The notes below the pieces were generated by a model. The model did no database searches. It saw only the letters and a list, made by a program, of their open reading frames with translations, and had not been told where the DNA came from. A DNA stretch of 64,000 nucleotides from an uncultured Candidatus Saccharibacteria bacterium (GTDB lineage: Bacteria; Patescibacteriota; Saccharimonadia; Saccharimonadales; Saccharimonadaceae): NCBI GenBank assembly GCA_964568745.1, contig CAZMQX010000001.1, positions 13,408-77,407 on the forward strand, in the 5' to 3' direction. Below are positions 45,533 through 55,423 of the stretch, piece after piece. How positions within the stretch are numbered: position 1 is the first letter of the stretch; each line of letters starts with the position of its first letter. The translations under genes and the position numbers were made by a program.

Positions 45533-48352
45533 ATGGAAGCGATTATACATTTTATTCTTATGCCAATATTTTGGATCCCGGTGGTGGGTGTGCTCGCTTT
45601 TTTAACCTATCGAAATTACAAAAAACTCAATCGTATCAAAGTTTTGAACGTCGATTCGGTCTTGCTCATGCTTGAAATCCCGCGCACCAACGACAAAAAA
45701 GAGTTGGCTCAAGAACAATTATTTGCTAGTTTGCACGGAATTCTAAGAGATAAGCAAGAACTTAGAAACTCTGGTGGAGTACAAGAACATTTGTCATTTG
45801 AAATCGTTTCAACCGCCGGGCAAATCCGCTTTTATGTGTGGGTGCCAAAAGTATTGCAGAGTTTTGTAGAAGGGCAGATTTACTCTCAATATCCTACAGT
45901 GCAGATCTACAAGATGAATGAAGATTATGTAGATGGGCGCAAGAACTACCCTGTAAATTATATGACCGAACTTGGGTTAATCGAAGACGAGGCTCTACCA
46001 ATCAAAACTTTTGAAAGTTTTGAAGTCGACCCTCTGGCCGGTATCACGGGGACTTTGGCGAAACTCAGTCCCGATCGCTCTGAGGAGCTTTGGATCCAGA
46101 TTTTGACGAGACCGATTGCAGATGATTGGCACAAGACTACCACCGATAAATGGATCCGGCGGGTAAAGACTGGTACAAGATCGCTTTTTTCGGGCAGTGG
46201 GATCGACTGGACTTGGATCATCGAAGCATTTGCGGCGTTATTTAGACCACCTGCTGGCGGTACTAACTCAGATACAACGATCGAATTATCTGAACGCGAC
46301 AAGACACGGATCGCTAAAGCCGAAGAAAAGGCCACCAAACTCGGCTATGAAGTTAAAATCCGCCTGGCATATCTTGGCCAGAATGACACCGATGCTAAGT
46401 TGAACATGCAGGCTTTAGTTGGCACGTTTAAGCAATTCAATTCAACCAATCTGAATGGTTTTAAACAAATCGGTGGGACCTTTAATGCCGCAGATCTTGA
46501 TGCCTACAAGATGCGCCAATTCTCGGATCGTGGTTTTATACTGAATATCTCTGAGCTTGCTTCGGTGTATCATTTGCCTCATACTTCCGTCGAAACACCC
46601 AACATCGTCTGGGCGACTTCAAAGACCGCTGAACCGCCGGCTAAACTGCCGGTGTTGACTGGTGATACTAGCAACGATGAAAATGTCTCGGCTTTTGGCT
46701 TAACAAACTTCCGTGGCATCAATCATCAGTTTGGGCTACTGCGTCGCGATCGTTCAAGACATGTGTATATTATCGGTCAGACTGGGGCAGGGAAGAGCGG
46801 CATGCTAGAGCTTTTGGCACTTTCTGACGTATTTTATAATCAAGGCTATTGTATCATTGACCCGCATGGTGATTTTGCGATTGATAACTTAAAATTTATT
46901 CCGGAATCGAGGATCCGTGATGTGGTATATTTCAACCCGGCAGATACGGCATTTCCGGTCGCCTTTAATCCGCTTGAGGTGTCGGACCCAGCCAAAAAAC
47001 CGAATATCTGTTCTGAAGTAATCGGCGTCCTCAAGCGAATGTTTGGCGACTCATGGGGCCCGAGGCTTGAGCATATTTTGCGCTATACTTTGCTGGCTCT
47101 ACTTGATCGTCCTTCCACAACGCTACTCGATATCTCGCGTTTGCTCACGGACAAAGATTTTCGCAAAGAGACGCTCAAATATTGCAAAGATGTCACCGTC
47201 TTGCAATTCTGGAAACATGAATTTGGTCAATGGAACGAAAAACAGGTTAATGAATCGATCGCGCCGGTGCTAAACAAAGTTGGGGCCTTTACCGCTAACC
47301 CAATTATTCGCAACATCATCGGTCAGCCAAAGTCCTCTTTTGATATTCGTAAAATCATGGACGAGGGTAAGATCTTGGTCGTAAACCTATCTAAAGGTCT
47401 GATTGGTGAAGACAATGCTGGCATTCTTGGTGCATTCTTGGTGACGAAGGTCCAACTTGCGGCAATGTCTCGCTCCGATATACCACGAGTAGAGGATCGC
47501 CGGCCATTTTACTTATATGTAGACGAATTTCAGAACTTTGCGACTGATTCGTTTGCTGTGATCCTTTCTGAGGCACGAAAATACGGCCTAAATCTTACAG
47601 TGGCCAACCAATACGTTGCCCAGATGACTGATTCAGTGCGAGATGCAGTGTTTGGCAATGTTGGCACAACGATTTCGTTCAGAGTGTCTGCCGACGATGC
47701 GCCGATTCTAGTCAAGCAATTTGAGCCGACCTTTGAAGAATCTGATCTGATCCAGCTCAATAACCGTCATTTTGTAATCTCGATGATTATCGGTGGTGAA
47801 AAAGTCCCAGCTTTTTCAGCAACTACGCTTTCTATTCCAGAATCGCCGTCAGATAATTTTGAAGCCATCGTGGCGCATTCACGCGAATATTATGGTAGAC
47901 CGAGGCTCGAAGTGGAGCGTGAGATCCGTGAGACCATCGAACAAGCGGACAAATACAAGAAGAACTTAGCCGATTCTGGTCGACAAGAGCCAAAAATTAT
48001 CCTGCGGTCCGGGCTTAGCCCTAACACCGCCGAAGGTAAGGAGCGACTCGGTCTAAAGGATCTTGCGCGAATGGTTGAAGAAAACGGAGAGGGGAAGGTC
48101 CAATTTGTAAAACCAAAAGGGAAACGTGCCAATAAAAACCGCCAGCAGACCAAAAAAGGGAACCGTGCGTCGTCAAACAGCGGTAATTCCCCTGTTCGTC
48201 CAGAGGTGGAGTATCAAGAAAAGTCGACCGTCCCTATTAAACCATCCCACGATGCCGCCTCTGTTAATTCTCTATCTACCCCTGTTAAAGAGCCAGAGAA
48301 TTACGCCCCGAAAGATAACTCTGTAGATGGATTTCTATCTATAAAACACTAA
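45533..48352 (+). CDS. TrwB/VirD4-VirB4-like ATPase with N-terminal TM
   Basis: GQTGAGKS Walker A, IDPHGD, FNPL, LYVDEFQNF Walker B, SEARKY, ANQY, GNVGT. Confidence 0.85.
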   Translation: MEAIIHFILMPIFWIPVVGVLAFLTYRNYKKLNRIKVLNVDSVLLMLEIPRTNDKKELAQEQLFASLHGILRDKQELRNSGGVQEHLSFEIVSTAGQIRFYVWVPKVLQSFVEGQIYSQYPTVQIYKMNEDYVDGRKNYPVNYMTELGLIEDEALPIKTFESFEVDPLAGITGTLAKLSPDRSEELWIQILTRPIADDWHKTTTDKWIRRVKTGTRSLFSGSGIDWTWIIEAFAALFRPPAGGTNSDTTIELSERDKTRIAKAEEKATKLGYEVKIRLAYLGQNDTDAKLNMQALVGTFKQFNSTNLNGFKQIGGTFNAADLDAYKMRQFSDRGFILNISELASVYHLPHTSVETPNIVWATSKTAEPPAKLPVLTGDTSNDENVSAFGLTNFRGINHQFGLLRRDRSRHVYIIGQTGAGKSGMLELLALSDVFYNQGYCIIDPHGDFAIDNLKFIPESRIRDVVYFNPADTAFPVAFNPLEVSDPAKKPNICSEVIGVLKRMFGDSWGPRLEHILRYTLLALLDRPSTTLLDISRLLTDKDFRKETLKYCKDVTVLQFWKHEFGQWNEKQVNESIAPVLNKVGAFTANPIIRNIIGQPKSSFDIRKIMDEGKILVVNLSKGLIGEDNAGILGAFLVTKVQLAAMSRSDIPRVEDRRPFYLYVDEFQNFATDSFAVILSEARKYGLNLTVANQYVAQMTDSVRDAVFGNVGTTISFRVSADDAPILVKQFEPTFEESDLIQLNNRHFVISMIIGGEKVPAFSATTLSIPESPSDNFEAIVAHSREYYGRPRLEVEREIRETIEQADKYKKNLADSGRQEPKIILRSGLSPNTAEGKERLGLKDLARMVEENGEGKVQFVKPKGKRANKNRQQTKKGNRASSNSGNSPVRPEVEYQEKSTVPIKPSHDAASVNSLSTPVKEPENYAPKDNSVDGFLSIKH

Positions 48353-48359
48353 AAATCCT

Positions 48360-48411
48360 AAAGACAACTACAATCATTTTTATGCTTCAGAAAATAATCG
48401 TAGTTGTCTTT
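48360..48411. repeat. Intergenic hairpin carrying the family-B 3' motif; may act as a terminator
   Basis: 12-bp arms aaagacaactac/gtagttgtcttt enclosing aatcatttttatgcttcagaaaa, near-identical to priA 61705-61726. Confidence 0.75.
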
Positions 48412-48599
48412 CTGTGTATAGTTTTAATGTCGCACAATACAGATTTTAAGACATTACGGTTATGGTTTGAAGACGATTGAGTTATCGTCCTGATCAAGTC
48501 GAATATCTCCTGGCAGGGAGAGAACCGAGCAAATATAGAATTATTAAGTGATATGTCGAAGGTTATTATAACTTATTTTCGTTCGCGGTTGACTTCACG

Positions 48600-48684
48600 C
48601 CAGGTTAATTTTCACAACATTTCACTCAATCCTCACCAAAAAAGTGTTGGCTCGGATGAGGAAATGTTGGTAAAAATTAACTGG
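48600..48684. repeat. Long imperfect intergenic palindrome
   Basis: Nested ccag/ctgg, ttaatttt/aaaattaa, caacatttc/gaaatgttg, ctc/gag, atcc/ggat. Confidence 0.75.
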
Positions 48685-48927
48685 GTTCGTCAAATGCTCA
48701 TTAAAACAAGCTATGGTAACCCGTACAAATGAGGGGGCTTGAGTTATCTAATTATCTGACTTTTTGAGGCGATTTTGCCAATTTGACTTTTCCCCGTTTT
48801 ATTTCCCTATTTCGTTCCCTCCCCTGTTAATTTGCCATTTTTTTATTCTATTCTTTGTTGCATAGCAAAAAACAACCTGAACAAAAACCGAACAAAATAG
48901 GGGATTACCAGAACTGCGTTTGATTCC

Positions 48928-49518
48928 CTATTTCCAAAAGGCTTTACCTGGGGTACGGACATCTAGATATTCAAAATCGGTGATTCCCTGCGAGGTAAGA
49001 TACCGAATGAGCCGGTCGGTGTCTTCGACAGATACGGCTGTCTCGCGATCGATCGTCATCTTGATATATCCGGTGTAGCCATTAAGATAGAAATGAATTG
49101 TACGAATAGAACCAGATGGTACGACAACCTTGCTTGGCGTGTAGCCAAGGTCACGAAGATCGGCTTCGGCTTGACCGATGTAACTAGTCATACGGCCGGT
49201 AATCTGGTGAGTGGCGTCTTCTTCTACTATTTCGATCGTGGGTTGATAAATAGTGACGTCTGTTTCCTCACTGAGCGGCTCGGTTTTGCTGTCACTGACA
49301 AGTTTGATCGTAAAAATCCCTAGGACAATTGCTAACAAGATAAAACCGGCCGTGGTAATAGAGATACGAAGGAACTTTTTTTGTTTGTCCTTTTTACGGG
49401 CGGCAGCGCGTTCACGTTTGGTTTCGAGTTGTTCCCTGGCCCCACCAATAGTACGGCCCGACATGATGGTGGACTTACGGTTCATTTTGCGCTTTACGAG
49501 TTTTGGTTCTTCTCCCAC
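48928..49518 (-). CDS. Single-TM protein downstream of murG (degenerate FtsQ/DivIB-like)
   Basis: Basic cytoplasmic N-terminus, one TM, C-terminal YLDVR.PGKAF resembling the FtsQ end; dcw position. Confidence 0.5.
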   Translation of the reverse strand: MGEEPKLVKRKMNRKSTIMSGRTIGGAREQLETKRERAAARKKDKQKKFLRISITTAGFILLAIVLGIFTIKLVSDSKTEPLSEETDVTIYQPTIEIVEEDATHQITGRMTSYIGQAEADLRDLGYTPSKVVVPSGSIRTIHFYLNGYTGYIKMTIDRETAVSVEDTDRLIRYLTSQGITDFEYLDVRTPGKAFWK

Positions 49519-49523
49519 CGCGA

Positions 49524-50756
49524 CTAAGCCTCCTCCAAAATGATATCCGCAAGGCGACGGGCCGCATCTGAGCGGGCTTCTTCGGCTAGGCGATCGGCCA
49601 GGTCGGCACGAACACGTGGTGACTTGATCAGGCGACGAATTTCGTCTAGTAAGATCTCGGGGTGCTGGACCATTTTGGGATCATCTACTACGGAGACTGC
49701 ACCGGATTTCTCGAGGCGTTCGGCATTTTTGGTTTGGTGAGCACCAGGAAGGCGAGCAAATGGCACTAGAATGACTGATTTTTTAAGAGACGCGAGCTCA
49801 GCGATAGTGGTGGCGCCAGCACGTGAGACGACGACGTCGGCTGCACCCATGAGTTCGTCCATGGTAGTGTTGAATTCCCACATACGGAAGTTCGATTCAA
49901 GAGAGGCTTTGTCCCAGTTTTCGTATTTTTTGAGGTCGATCATCGACTCGTAGTGTTTGCGACCAGCAACCAAGCCTACTGAAGTAAATTTGAGTAGTTC
50001 TGGGAGAATAGCTCTGGTGGCTTCGTTGAGATTTTCGGAGCCTTGAGATCCGCCGGTGATGACAACTAGCGGCTTGTCTGGATTAAAAGAAAAGGCCTTT
50101 TTTAGTGAGATTTGTTTTGTGGGGCTCGTGGGCCTAAACTCGGCACCGACCGGGATACCGGTCCAGACGTAATTTGGGTGTTTTTCCTGTATTTCTTCTG
50201 GAATGGGCATACCAAAGGCCACTTTGGTCGCGCGTTTCATGAGCAGACGGTTAGCGAGGCCAGCTACGACATCGGATTCGTGAATGATATAAGGAATATG
50301 GAATAGCTTGGCGATGAGGCCTACTGGCAGAGACACATAGCCACCTTTCAAAAAGATGATGTTTGGCCGTGAAGATTTACGGGAGAGACGCCAAAAAGCT
50401 ACTACGAGGCCTGCTAGGAAGCCGAAGAATCCACAGATATTGCCAATGATCAAATCTTTAATGGTGAGGCCAAAGTGCACAAAATAATCTTTGAAGGTCC
50501 AGCCGGCGTAGCGATGAAATTTGCCAGCTGGCAAACGGCGTACACGAATGTATGTAGTCTTTTTGCGACGGGCTTCTTCGCCCCATGCAACTCCGAGCTC
50601 GGTGGTGAGCCTGGTAACATTTTTGTAATATTTGAAATCAGTCCAAAATTCTACTTCGGCACGTGGTTTTTGTTCTAATATTTCACGAACTACGGCGACG
50701 GCTGGCGTGATGTGCCCCCCCGAGCCGCCTCCGACTACTAATATCTTCATTTGCAA
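49524..50756 (-). CDS. murG: UDP-GlcNAc:lipid I transferase
   Basis: GGGSGGHITP, KGGYVS.P, HESD...GLAN, TGGSQGS, SRAGATTIAE. Confidence 0.95.
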   Translation of the reverse strand: MQMKILVVGGGSGGHITPAVAVVREILEQKPRAEVEFWTDFKYYKNVTRLTTELGVAWGEEARRKKTTYIRVRRLPAGKFHRYAGWTFKDYFVHFGLTIKDLIIGNICGFFGFLAGLVVAFWRLSRKSSRPNIIFLKGGYVSLPVGLIAKLFHIPYIIHESDVVAGLANRLLMKRATKVAFGMPIPEEIQEKHPNYVWTGIPVGAEFRPTSPTKQISLKKAFSFNPDKPLVVITGGSQGSENLNEATRAILPELLKFTSVGLVAGRKHYESMIDLKKYENWDKASLESNFRMWEFNTTMDELMGAADVVVSRAGATTIAELASLKKSVILVPFARLPGAHQTKNAERLEKSGAVSVVDDPKMVQHPEILLDEIRRLIKSPRVRADLADRLAEEARSDAARRLADIILEEA

Positions 50757-51912
50757 TTACCTCTCTACTAGTATAACACGAAATTTGCAAAACAAGCCCT
50801 AAAGCAAAGCTAAGAAAGACCATACTAGTACCGCCATAAGAGAGTAGTGGCAAGGTGATACCAGTTACTGGGACTAGGCTGGTCATTGCCATAATATTAA
50901 CTACGACTTGAGCTAAGGTCCAGGCAAATACGCCAACAACGATTAGGCGATCGTCGTTGTCGGACGTGCCGCCAGCGACTCTCAACATGCGAATAAGCAT
51001 AACACCAAATACGGCTAGAACTACGAAAAGCCCAAAAAAGCCAAAGGTTTCACCCATGATTGCGAAAACTGAGTCGTTGATAGATTCTGGTAAATAGCCT
51101 GTAGCTTGTACTGAGTTGCCGATACCAACACCAAATAATCCGCCTGTGCCAATCGCCAGCATGGCGTTTTCGACGTGATAAGTCGAGTCTGATGATTCTC
51201 CACCCTGCAAAGTGGAAAGCCAAGCATCTACACGCTCCATGCGGTGGCTAGAAGTAGCGACAGCCCCCACCGCTATCACGAGAACTAATGCTACCATGAT
51301 GAGATATTGTTTTGCAGGTACGCCGGCAATCAGTAACATGCCAAAAATGATAGAGATTAGCGCCACGCCTGTGCCGAGATCGCCCTGAGCGATCACGACC
51401 AAAAATAGTGCGGCGCCGCACACAACCAAGAGTGGTAACCAAAAATCTTTGAGATCGCCAATCTTACCTTTTTCCCTTTTGCGGGCAAGAAAATCGGCAA
51501 GGTAAATGACTGTGGCGAGTTTTAGAAGTTCAGCTGGCTGGAAACTGACTAAGCCAAGGTTGAACCAACGACATTCGCCAAGTTCACACTTAGCGAGACT
51601 AGAGTGCATGAGTGAGAGCAAAAAGAGCAGTGCCGACAAGGCTAGGGCGATAATCATGAGGGGTTTGGCGTATTTCTTGATAAATTTTAGTGGGATCCAT
51701 TTGAAAGCGGCAAAAAAAGCAACGAGAGATAAAGCAACCGAACGAAGCTGACCGACGAAAAAATAGTTGGGATCGTAATCTGTACCATAAGTGCTGTTTA
51801 GGACATTAGCGCGCATGGGGCCAATCGCATAGATAATGATCAGGCCAAGAGCCATGAGACCGAGCGTGGCAAACAATATTACTAAGTCTGATTTGTGCTT
51901 GCGAGTTTTCAC
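50683..51912 (-). CDS. ftsW: FtsW/RodA/SpoVE family peptidoglycan polymerase
   Basis: RWF, SFQPAEL.K, GDLG, GG.FG.G.G.S, YLPE...D, G.TLP..SYGGTS; GTG 51912 overlaps the mraY stop. Confidence 0.92.
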   Translation of the reverse strand: MKTRKHKSDLVILFATLGLMALGLIIIYAIGPMRANVLNSTYGTDYDPNYFFVGQLRSVALSLVAFFAAFKWIPLKFIKKYAKPLMIIALALSALLFLLSLMHSSLAKCELGECRWFNLGLVSFQPAELLKLATVIYLADFLARKREKGKIGDLKDFWLPLLVVCGAALFLVVIAQGDLGTGVALISIIFGMLLIAGVPAKQYLIMVALVLVIAVGAVATSSHRMERVDAWLSTLQGGESSDSTYHVENAMLAIGTGGLFGVGIGNSVQATGYLPESINDSVFAIMGETFGFFGLFVVLAVFGVMLIRMLRVAGGTSDNDDRLIVVGVFAWTLAQVVVNIMAMTSLVPVTGITLPLLSYGGTSMVFLSFALGLVLQISCYTSREVIANEDISSRRRLGGAHHASRRRSS

Positions 51913-52931
51913 AGTGCACCTCCGGTGGCGGCGATAAAGATGCCCATGATCGCGCATACACCGGCGATGATCCAAAAACGCATGACGATTTTAGCTTCGC
52001 CCCAGCCAATGGCTTCAAGGTGATGGTGAAGCGGAGCAGAAATGAAGATTTTGCGATGAAGGAGCTTCTTGGAAGCGAGCTGAAGAAGACTAGAACCTGC
52101 TTCCACCACAAAAGGAAGACCAATTACGGGCAGGAGCAAAAATGAATTTGTCATCATGGCGACCACACCAAGCCCGGCGCCGAGAGCGAACGAGCCCGTA
52201 TCGCCCATCATGAAACGAGCCGGTGGGACGTTGAACCAGACATAAGATAAGAGCCAGCCAACCACAGTAAGACAGAAACCAAATAGCATAATATTGCCCT
52301 GGAACAGCGCTATAACACCATAAGCAGCGTAAGCAATCATCGATAAGCCTCCAGACAAACCATCAAGTCCGTCGGAGATATTGACAGCATTACTTGTTGC
52401 GACTACGGCAAATGCGAAAATCAGAATCATCCAGACTTCACCAACATTGAAGTCGCCAATAAACGGCACCATGATGTCGGTCCAACCGAGTTTTACAGCA
52501 AAGAACCAGCCGAGGACTAAACCAACGAGACTTATAAGTAGGAATTTTACGGGACCGCGAAGACCAGCCGCGCCTCGGCCGGAGCCAAAGATATTAATAC
52601 AATCGTCAACCACTCCTACCAAAGCGCCGCCCAGAAAGCCTACTAGTGGTAGCCAAGTCTGCCCACGATCGAGATTAAAGGCCCAAGTAACGGCCGTGAC
52701 TGCCAGCACGCCGACAAGCCCAGCCATAGTAGGAAAAACTCGTTTGAATTTGTGAGCGTGAAGTTTGCGCATGATCGGTAGAGCTTTGCCATCTACTGTG
52801 GTAGTTTTTTGTTTTTTCCAAAATTTGTATTTATAGGCAAAGTGTGTATAGAATGGTGTTAAGATCATCGAGAAAAGAAAACCACCGAGTGCAAGTAATA
52901 GTCCGTAAAAAATTTCGTCATTGATGCTCAT
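51909..52931 (-). CDS. mraY: Phospho-MurNAc-pentapeptide transferase
   Basis: PTMAG, G.VDD, SNAVNISDGLDGL, FMMGDTGS, APLHHH.E..GW. Confidence 0.96.
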   Translation of the reverse strand: MSINDEIFYGLLLALGGFLFSMILTPFYTHFAYKYKFWKKQKTTTVDGKALPIMRKLHAHKFKRVFPTMAGLVGVLAVTAVTWAFNLDRGQTWLPLVGFLGGALVGVVDDCINIFGSGRGAAGLRGPVKFLLISLVGLVLGWFFAVKLGWTDIMVPFIGDFNVGEVWMILIFAFAVVATSNAVNISDGLDGLSGGLSMIAYAAYGVIALFQGNIMLFGFCLTVVGWLLSYVWFNVPPARFMMGDTGSFALGAGLGVVAMMTNSFLLLPVIGLPFVVEAGSSLLQLASKKLLHRKIFISAPLHHHLEAIGWGEAKIVMRFWIIAGVCAIMGIFIAATGGAL

Positions 52932-52938
52932 AAATATA

Positions 52939-54810
52939 TTATAATACTCCTGGTTTGATTTTCAAGTAGTCGATGAGATAATTTGAGACATCGTCAAATA
53001 GACCGCTTGCGATCTGGCCATCAAGATATTGACCCTCTCCTAGCATTTTTACCATGATGACGTATGACGGCATTTCACCATTTGGAGCTACGAAGCCGAT
53101 ATAAGTACCGACAGTCTCACTCATGGTGTCGTCGTAGGCGCCGTCTTTGATTACCTGAGCGGTGCCAGATTTGCCACCAATGGTATAGCCAGGGCGATCG
53201 ATGCCGGCTTTGACTTTGTAGTCGCGGTTGTTAATAAACATGTCACGCATTGCGGCAGAAGTCTCATCTGATAAAATTTTATCTTCGATCTTATTGCTCG
53301 ACGGGTCTTGCCGCGCCTTCTCCTCCCCCATTTTGCTATCGCTCAATGGGGGACCCCCTCCAGGCGCGTCACCCGTCGATGTAACACTTTTTGAGACAAC
53401 TTCTCCGTTTTCGTAATACCCTTTAATAATCGTCGGAGTGCGCCAATAGCCACCATTTACGACCGCCGAGTAAGCCGTGGCGGTCTGAATCATGGTGATG
53501 CCGAGGTTTTGACCAAATGTCATGTTGGCGTACACCGAATCACGCCCCCAACCTTCGTTTGGATCTGGAATAAAGCCTTCGGCTTCAATTAGCTCGATAC
53601 CCGTAGCTTGGCCTAAACGGAATTTATTGTAATAATAATCATAGAGCTTTTCCCTGCCCTGCTGGGTGATTTGATTCGAGTTGCCGCCGAGTAGTTTTAG
53701 AGCATAAATCGAGCCAGTATTCAGCGACCAATAGAGAGCGGTGCGCATATTGATGGTGCCATACAAACTAGAGCGTTGCTCAGCATTCTTGATCTCCCAG
53801 TCATCTACCACTTCGTAGCCTTGGTTAAAATACGTAGTATCTGGGCTCATGACGCCTTCATTAATTGCGGCCGAAAAGGCAAAACTTTTGCAGACGGAAG
53901 CTGGCTCGTATGGGACTTCGGTGACTTGATTGAGATAAGCTGAAGCATCGGTGACGTCACCATAGTTTGCTGGATTGTAATTTGGTAGATTGGCCATAGT
54001 CAATACTTCTCCAGTGTTTGGGTTCATGACTAATACTGATGCATGAGTGGCGGCGGTAGAATTAATGTGATTCATCGCAATTTCTTCGACGCCCTGCTCG
54101 AGTCCGCGGTCAATAGAGAGAACGAGATCTTTGCCGTCTTCGGCGGGGATCTTGACGTTGTCGCTGCCAATGCTCAGTGCAACTTTGTTGACATCGGCGG
54201 TAGATTTAATGGTGCCGTCCTTGCCAGCAAGTATGCTGTTTAGTGAACCCTCTATGCCATATTGGCCAAGGCCGTCGGCGTTCACAAAACCTAGCACAGT
54301 AGAAGCAAGCGTCCCTTCTGGATAAACTCGTTCGTTGGATTTTTTGAACCAGACGTTATCTAATTTTGCGTCGCTTAGCTTTTCAATGATGTCACGCGGG
54401 ACATTTTTGGCGACAATGGAATAGCGGAGTCCTTCTGTATTATACACTTCATCTAAATCTACGACGACATAATCTTTGGCGTAATTCTCGAGAGCTTGCT
54501 TGATGGTGTCTTTGTCGGTAACGGCAGGGTCAATAATAATCTGATATTTCGTCTGGTTGAGTACGATGGCAACTGGTTCGTTTTGATCCATCATGTATAT
54601 TTCCCCTCGCCTAGCCGTGATTGTCTCTAGAATGGTATGTTCTTCATCGGCCCTGGCGACCCATTGATCATGCTCAACAATCTGAATGAAAAAGAGTCGC
54701 ACCGTAATGATGGTAAGCGCGACTAACACGACGCCCCGTAATACCTTGAGGCGAGAACGTGGCGAGGCGGACGAGTTTTCGTCCTTATGATAATGATTAT
54801 TCCGTGGCAT
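52939..54810 (-). CDS. ftsI: Class B penicillin-binding protein with an in-frame palindromic insertion
   Basis: RGEI, R.YP, GQYGIE, EPASVCK (SxxK), SLN (SxN), GKSGTAQ; ~28-aa atypical insert TGDAPGGGPP...DPSS. Confidence 0.9.
   Translation of the reverse strand: MPRNNHYHKDENSSASPRSRLKVLRGVVLVALTIITVRLFFIQIVEHDQWVARADEEHTILETITARRGEIYMMDQNEPVAIVLNQTKYQIIIDPAVTDKDTIKQALENYAKDYVVVDLDEVYNTEGLRYSIVAKNVPRDIIEKLSDAKLDNVWFKKSNERVYPEGTLASTVLGFVNADGLGQYGIEGSLNSILAGKDGTIKSTADVNKVALSIGSDNVKIPAEDGKDLVLSIDRGLEQGVEEIAMNHINSTAATHASVLVMNPNTGEVLTMANLPNYNPANYGDVTDASAYLNQVTEVPYEPASVCKSFAFSAAINEGVMSPDTTYFNQGYEVVDDWEIKNAEQRSSLYGTINMRTALYWSLNTGSIYALKLLGGNSNQITQQGREKLYDYYYNKFRLGQATGIELIEAEGFIPDPNEGWGRDSVYANMTFGQNLGITMIQTATAYSAVVNGGYWRTPTIIKGYYENGEVVSKSVTSTGDAPGGGPPLSDSKMGEEKARQDPSSNKIEDKILSDETSAAMRDMFINNRDYKVKAGIDRPGYTIGGKSGTAQVIKDGAYDDTMSETVGTYIGFVAPNGEMPSYVIMVKMLGEGQYLDGQIASGLFDDVSNYLIDYLKIKPGVL
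53298..53379. repeat. Palindromic element E5, in frame in ftsI
   Basis: Three nested perfect stems: tcgacgggt/acccgtcga (9 bp), cgcgcct/aggcgcg (7 bp), tcccccatt/aatggggga (9 bp). Confidence 0.88.
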
Positions 54811-55141
54811 ATCCAGTGACCGGTGCGTCTTCCATAGCCGCAGCGACAGTACTGGTGCGAGCAGTGGCGACAGAATTTAAGCGAGCTTTTTCAACGGCGA
54901 GGTCATCTTTTTTGGCATTCATTTCGATAATTTCAGATTCAACAGAGGATATTTCGTAATCAAAACTGGTGGCCTTGGTGCCTTCGGCTACATAGATCAA
55001 ACCGAATACAAGAGTAAGCATACTGACAATGACAATTTGAGAGATGGATCCGAGACTCCGTTTGGTGTGACGGACGGTATTGCGGTTGCGGACGAACGTC
55101 GTCGTGCCTTGCCGCCTGGTGACAAAAGTTTGATCTTGCAT
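54797..55141 (-). CDS. FtsL-like cell division protein
   Basis: Short cytoplasmic N-terminus, one TM, coiled coil ending EKARL; position between rsmH and ftsI. Confidence 0.65.
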   Translation of the reverse strand: MQDQTFVTRRQGTTTFVRNRNTVRHTKRSLGSISQIVIVSMLTLVFGLIYVAEGTKATSFDYEISSVESEIIEMNAKKDDLAVEKARLNSVATARTSTVAAAMEDAPVTGYATE

Positions 55142-55357
55142 TTGATTATTGTTCCTCGCTATATTGATGTTTGTTTTTATTTATTATTTTAATCCTGACA
55201 TAGACCGGGGGCTTATTAAAAGCAGAGCCAAAAGTAACTTTTAGTAGTTTCCCCGGGAAGGTCATACACTCCACACTCTCCGTGTGATTCTCCAATGGTA
55301 GGCCTTAAAGGGCCCATGTCGTCGTTAGACAATTGTTATTACCTAACGACGGGGGGT

Positions 55358-55423
55358 TTAGCGAAAGTGGACTTTCACAGTTTGTTTGCGCGACTTATTC
55401 GCGATGGCGATTTGTTTTGGCAT
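55358..55423 (-). CDS. 21-aa small ORF MPKQIAIANKSRKQTVKVHFR (possible leader peptide)
   Basis: Perfect SD AAGGAGG 4 nt before the ATG; followed by a hairpin-rich 200-nt region. Confidence 0.45.
   Translation of the reverse strand: MPKQIAIANKSRKQTVKVHFR

Noticed and set aside
48265-48303. 9-bp inverted repeat taattctct/agagaatta in the ATPase C-terminal tail as another element
   Set aside because: A single short stem in low-complexity sequence with no family motif; compatible with chance.
45533-48352. Conjugative element around the TrwB/VirB4-like ATPase
   Set aside because: No relaxase, other T4SS genes, integrase or att sites; such lone ATPases are common chromosomal genes in CPR.
48185-48830. 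Recurrent CCCCTGTT motif (also near 60830 and 62377)
   Set aside because: An 8-mer is expected about twice per 64 kb on two strands; the spacing is irregular and the excess is marginal.
50560-50625. Palindromic element in murG (extra residues ELGVAWGEEARRKK, contains cccgtcgc)
   Set aside because: Only a 4-6 bp stem and no inverted arms; cannot be distinguished from ordinary loop variation.
55200-55380. RNase P RNA, suggested by GAAAGTCC (minus strand) and GGGGCTTAT (plus strand)
   Set aside because: The two P4-like motifs are on opposite strands, and GAAAGTCC is half of a local gaaagt/actttc hairpin.
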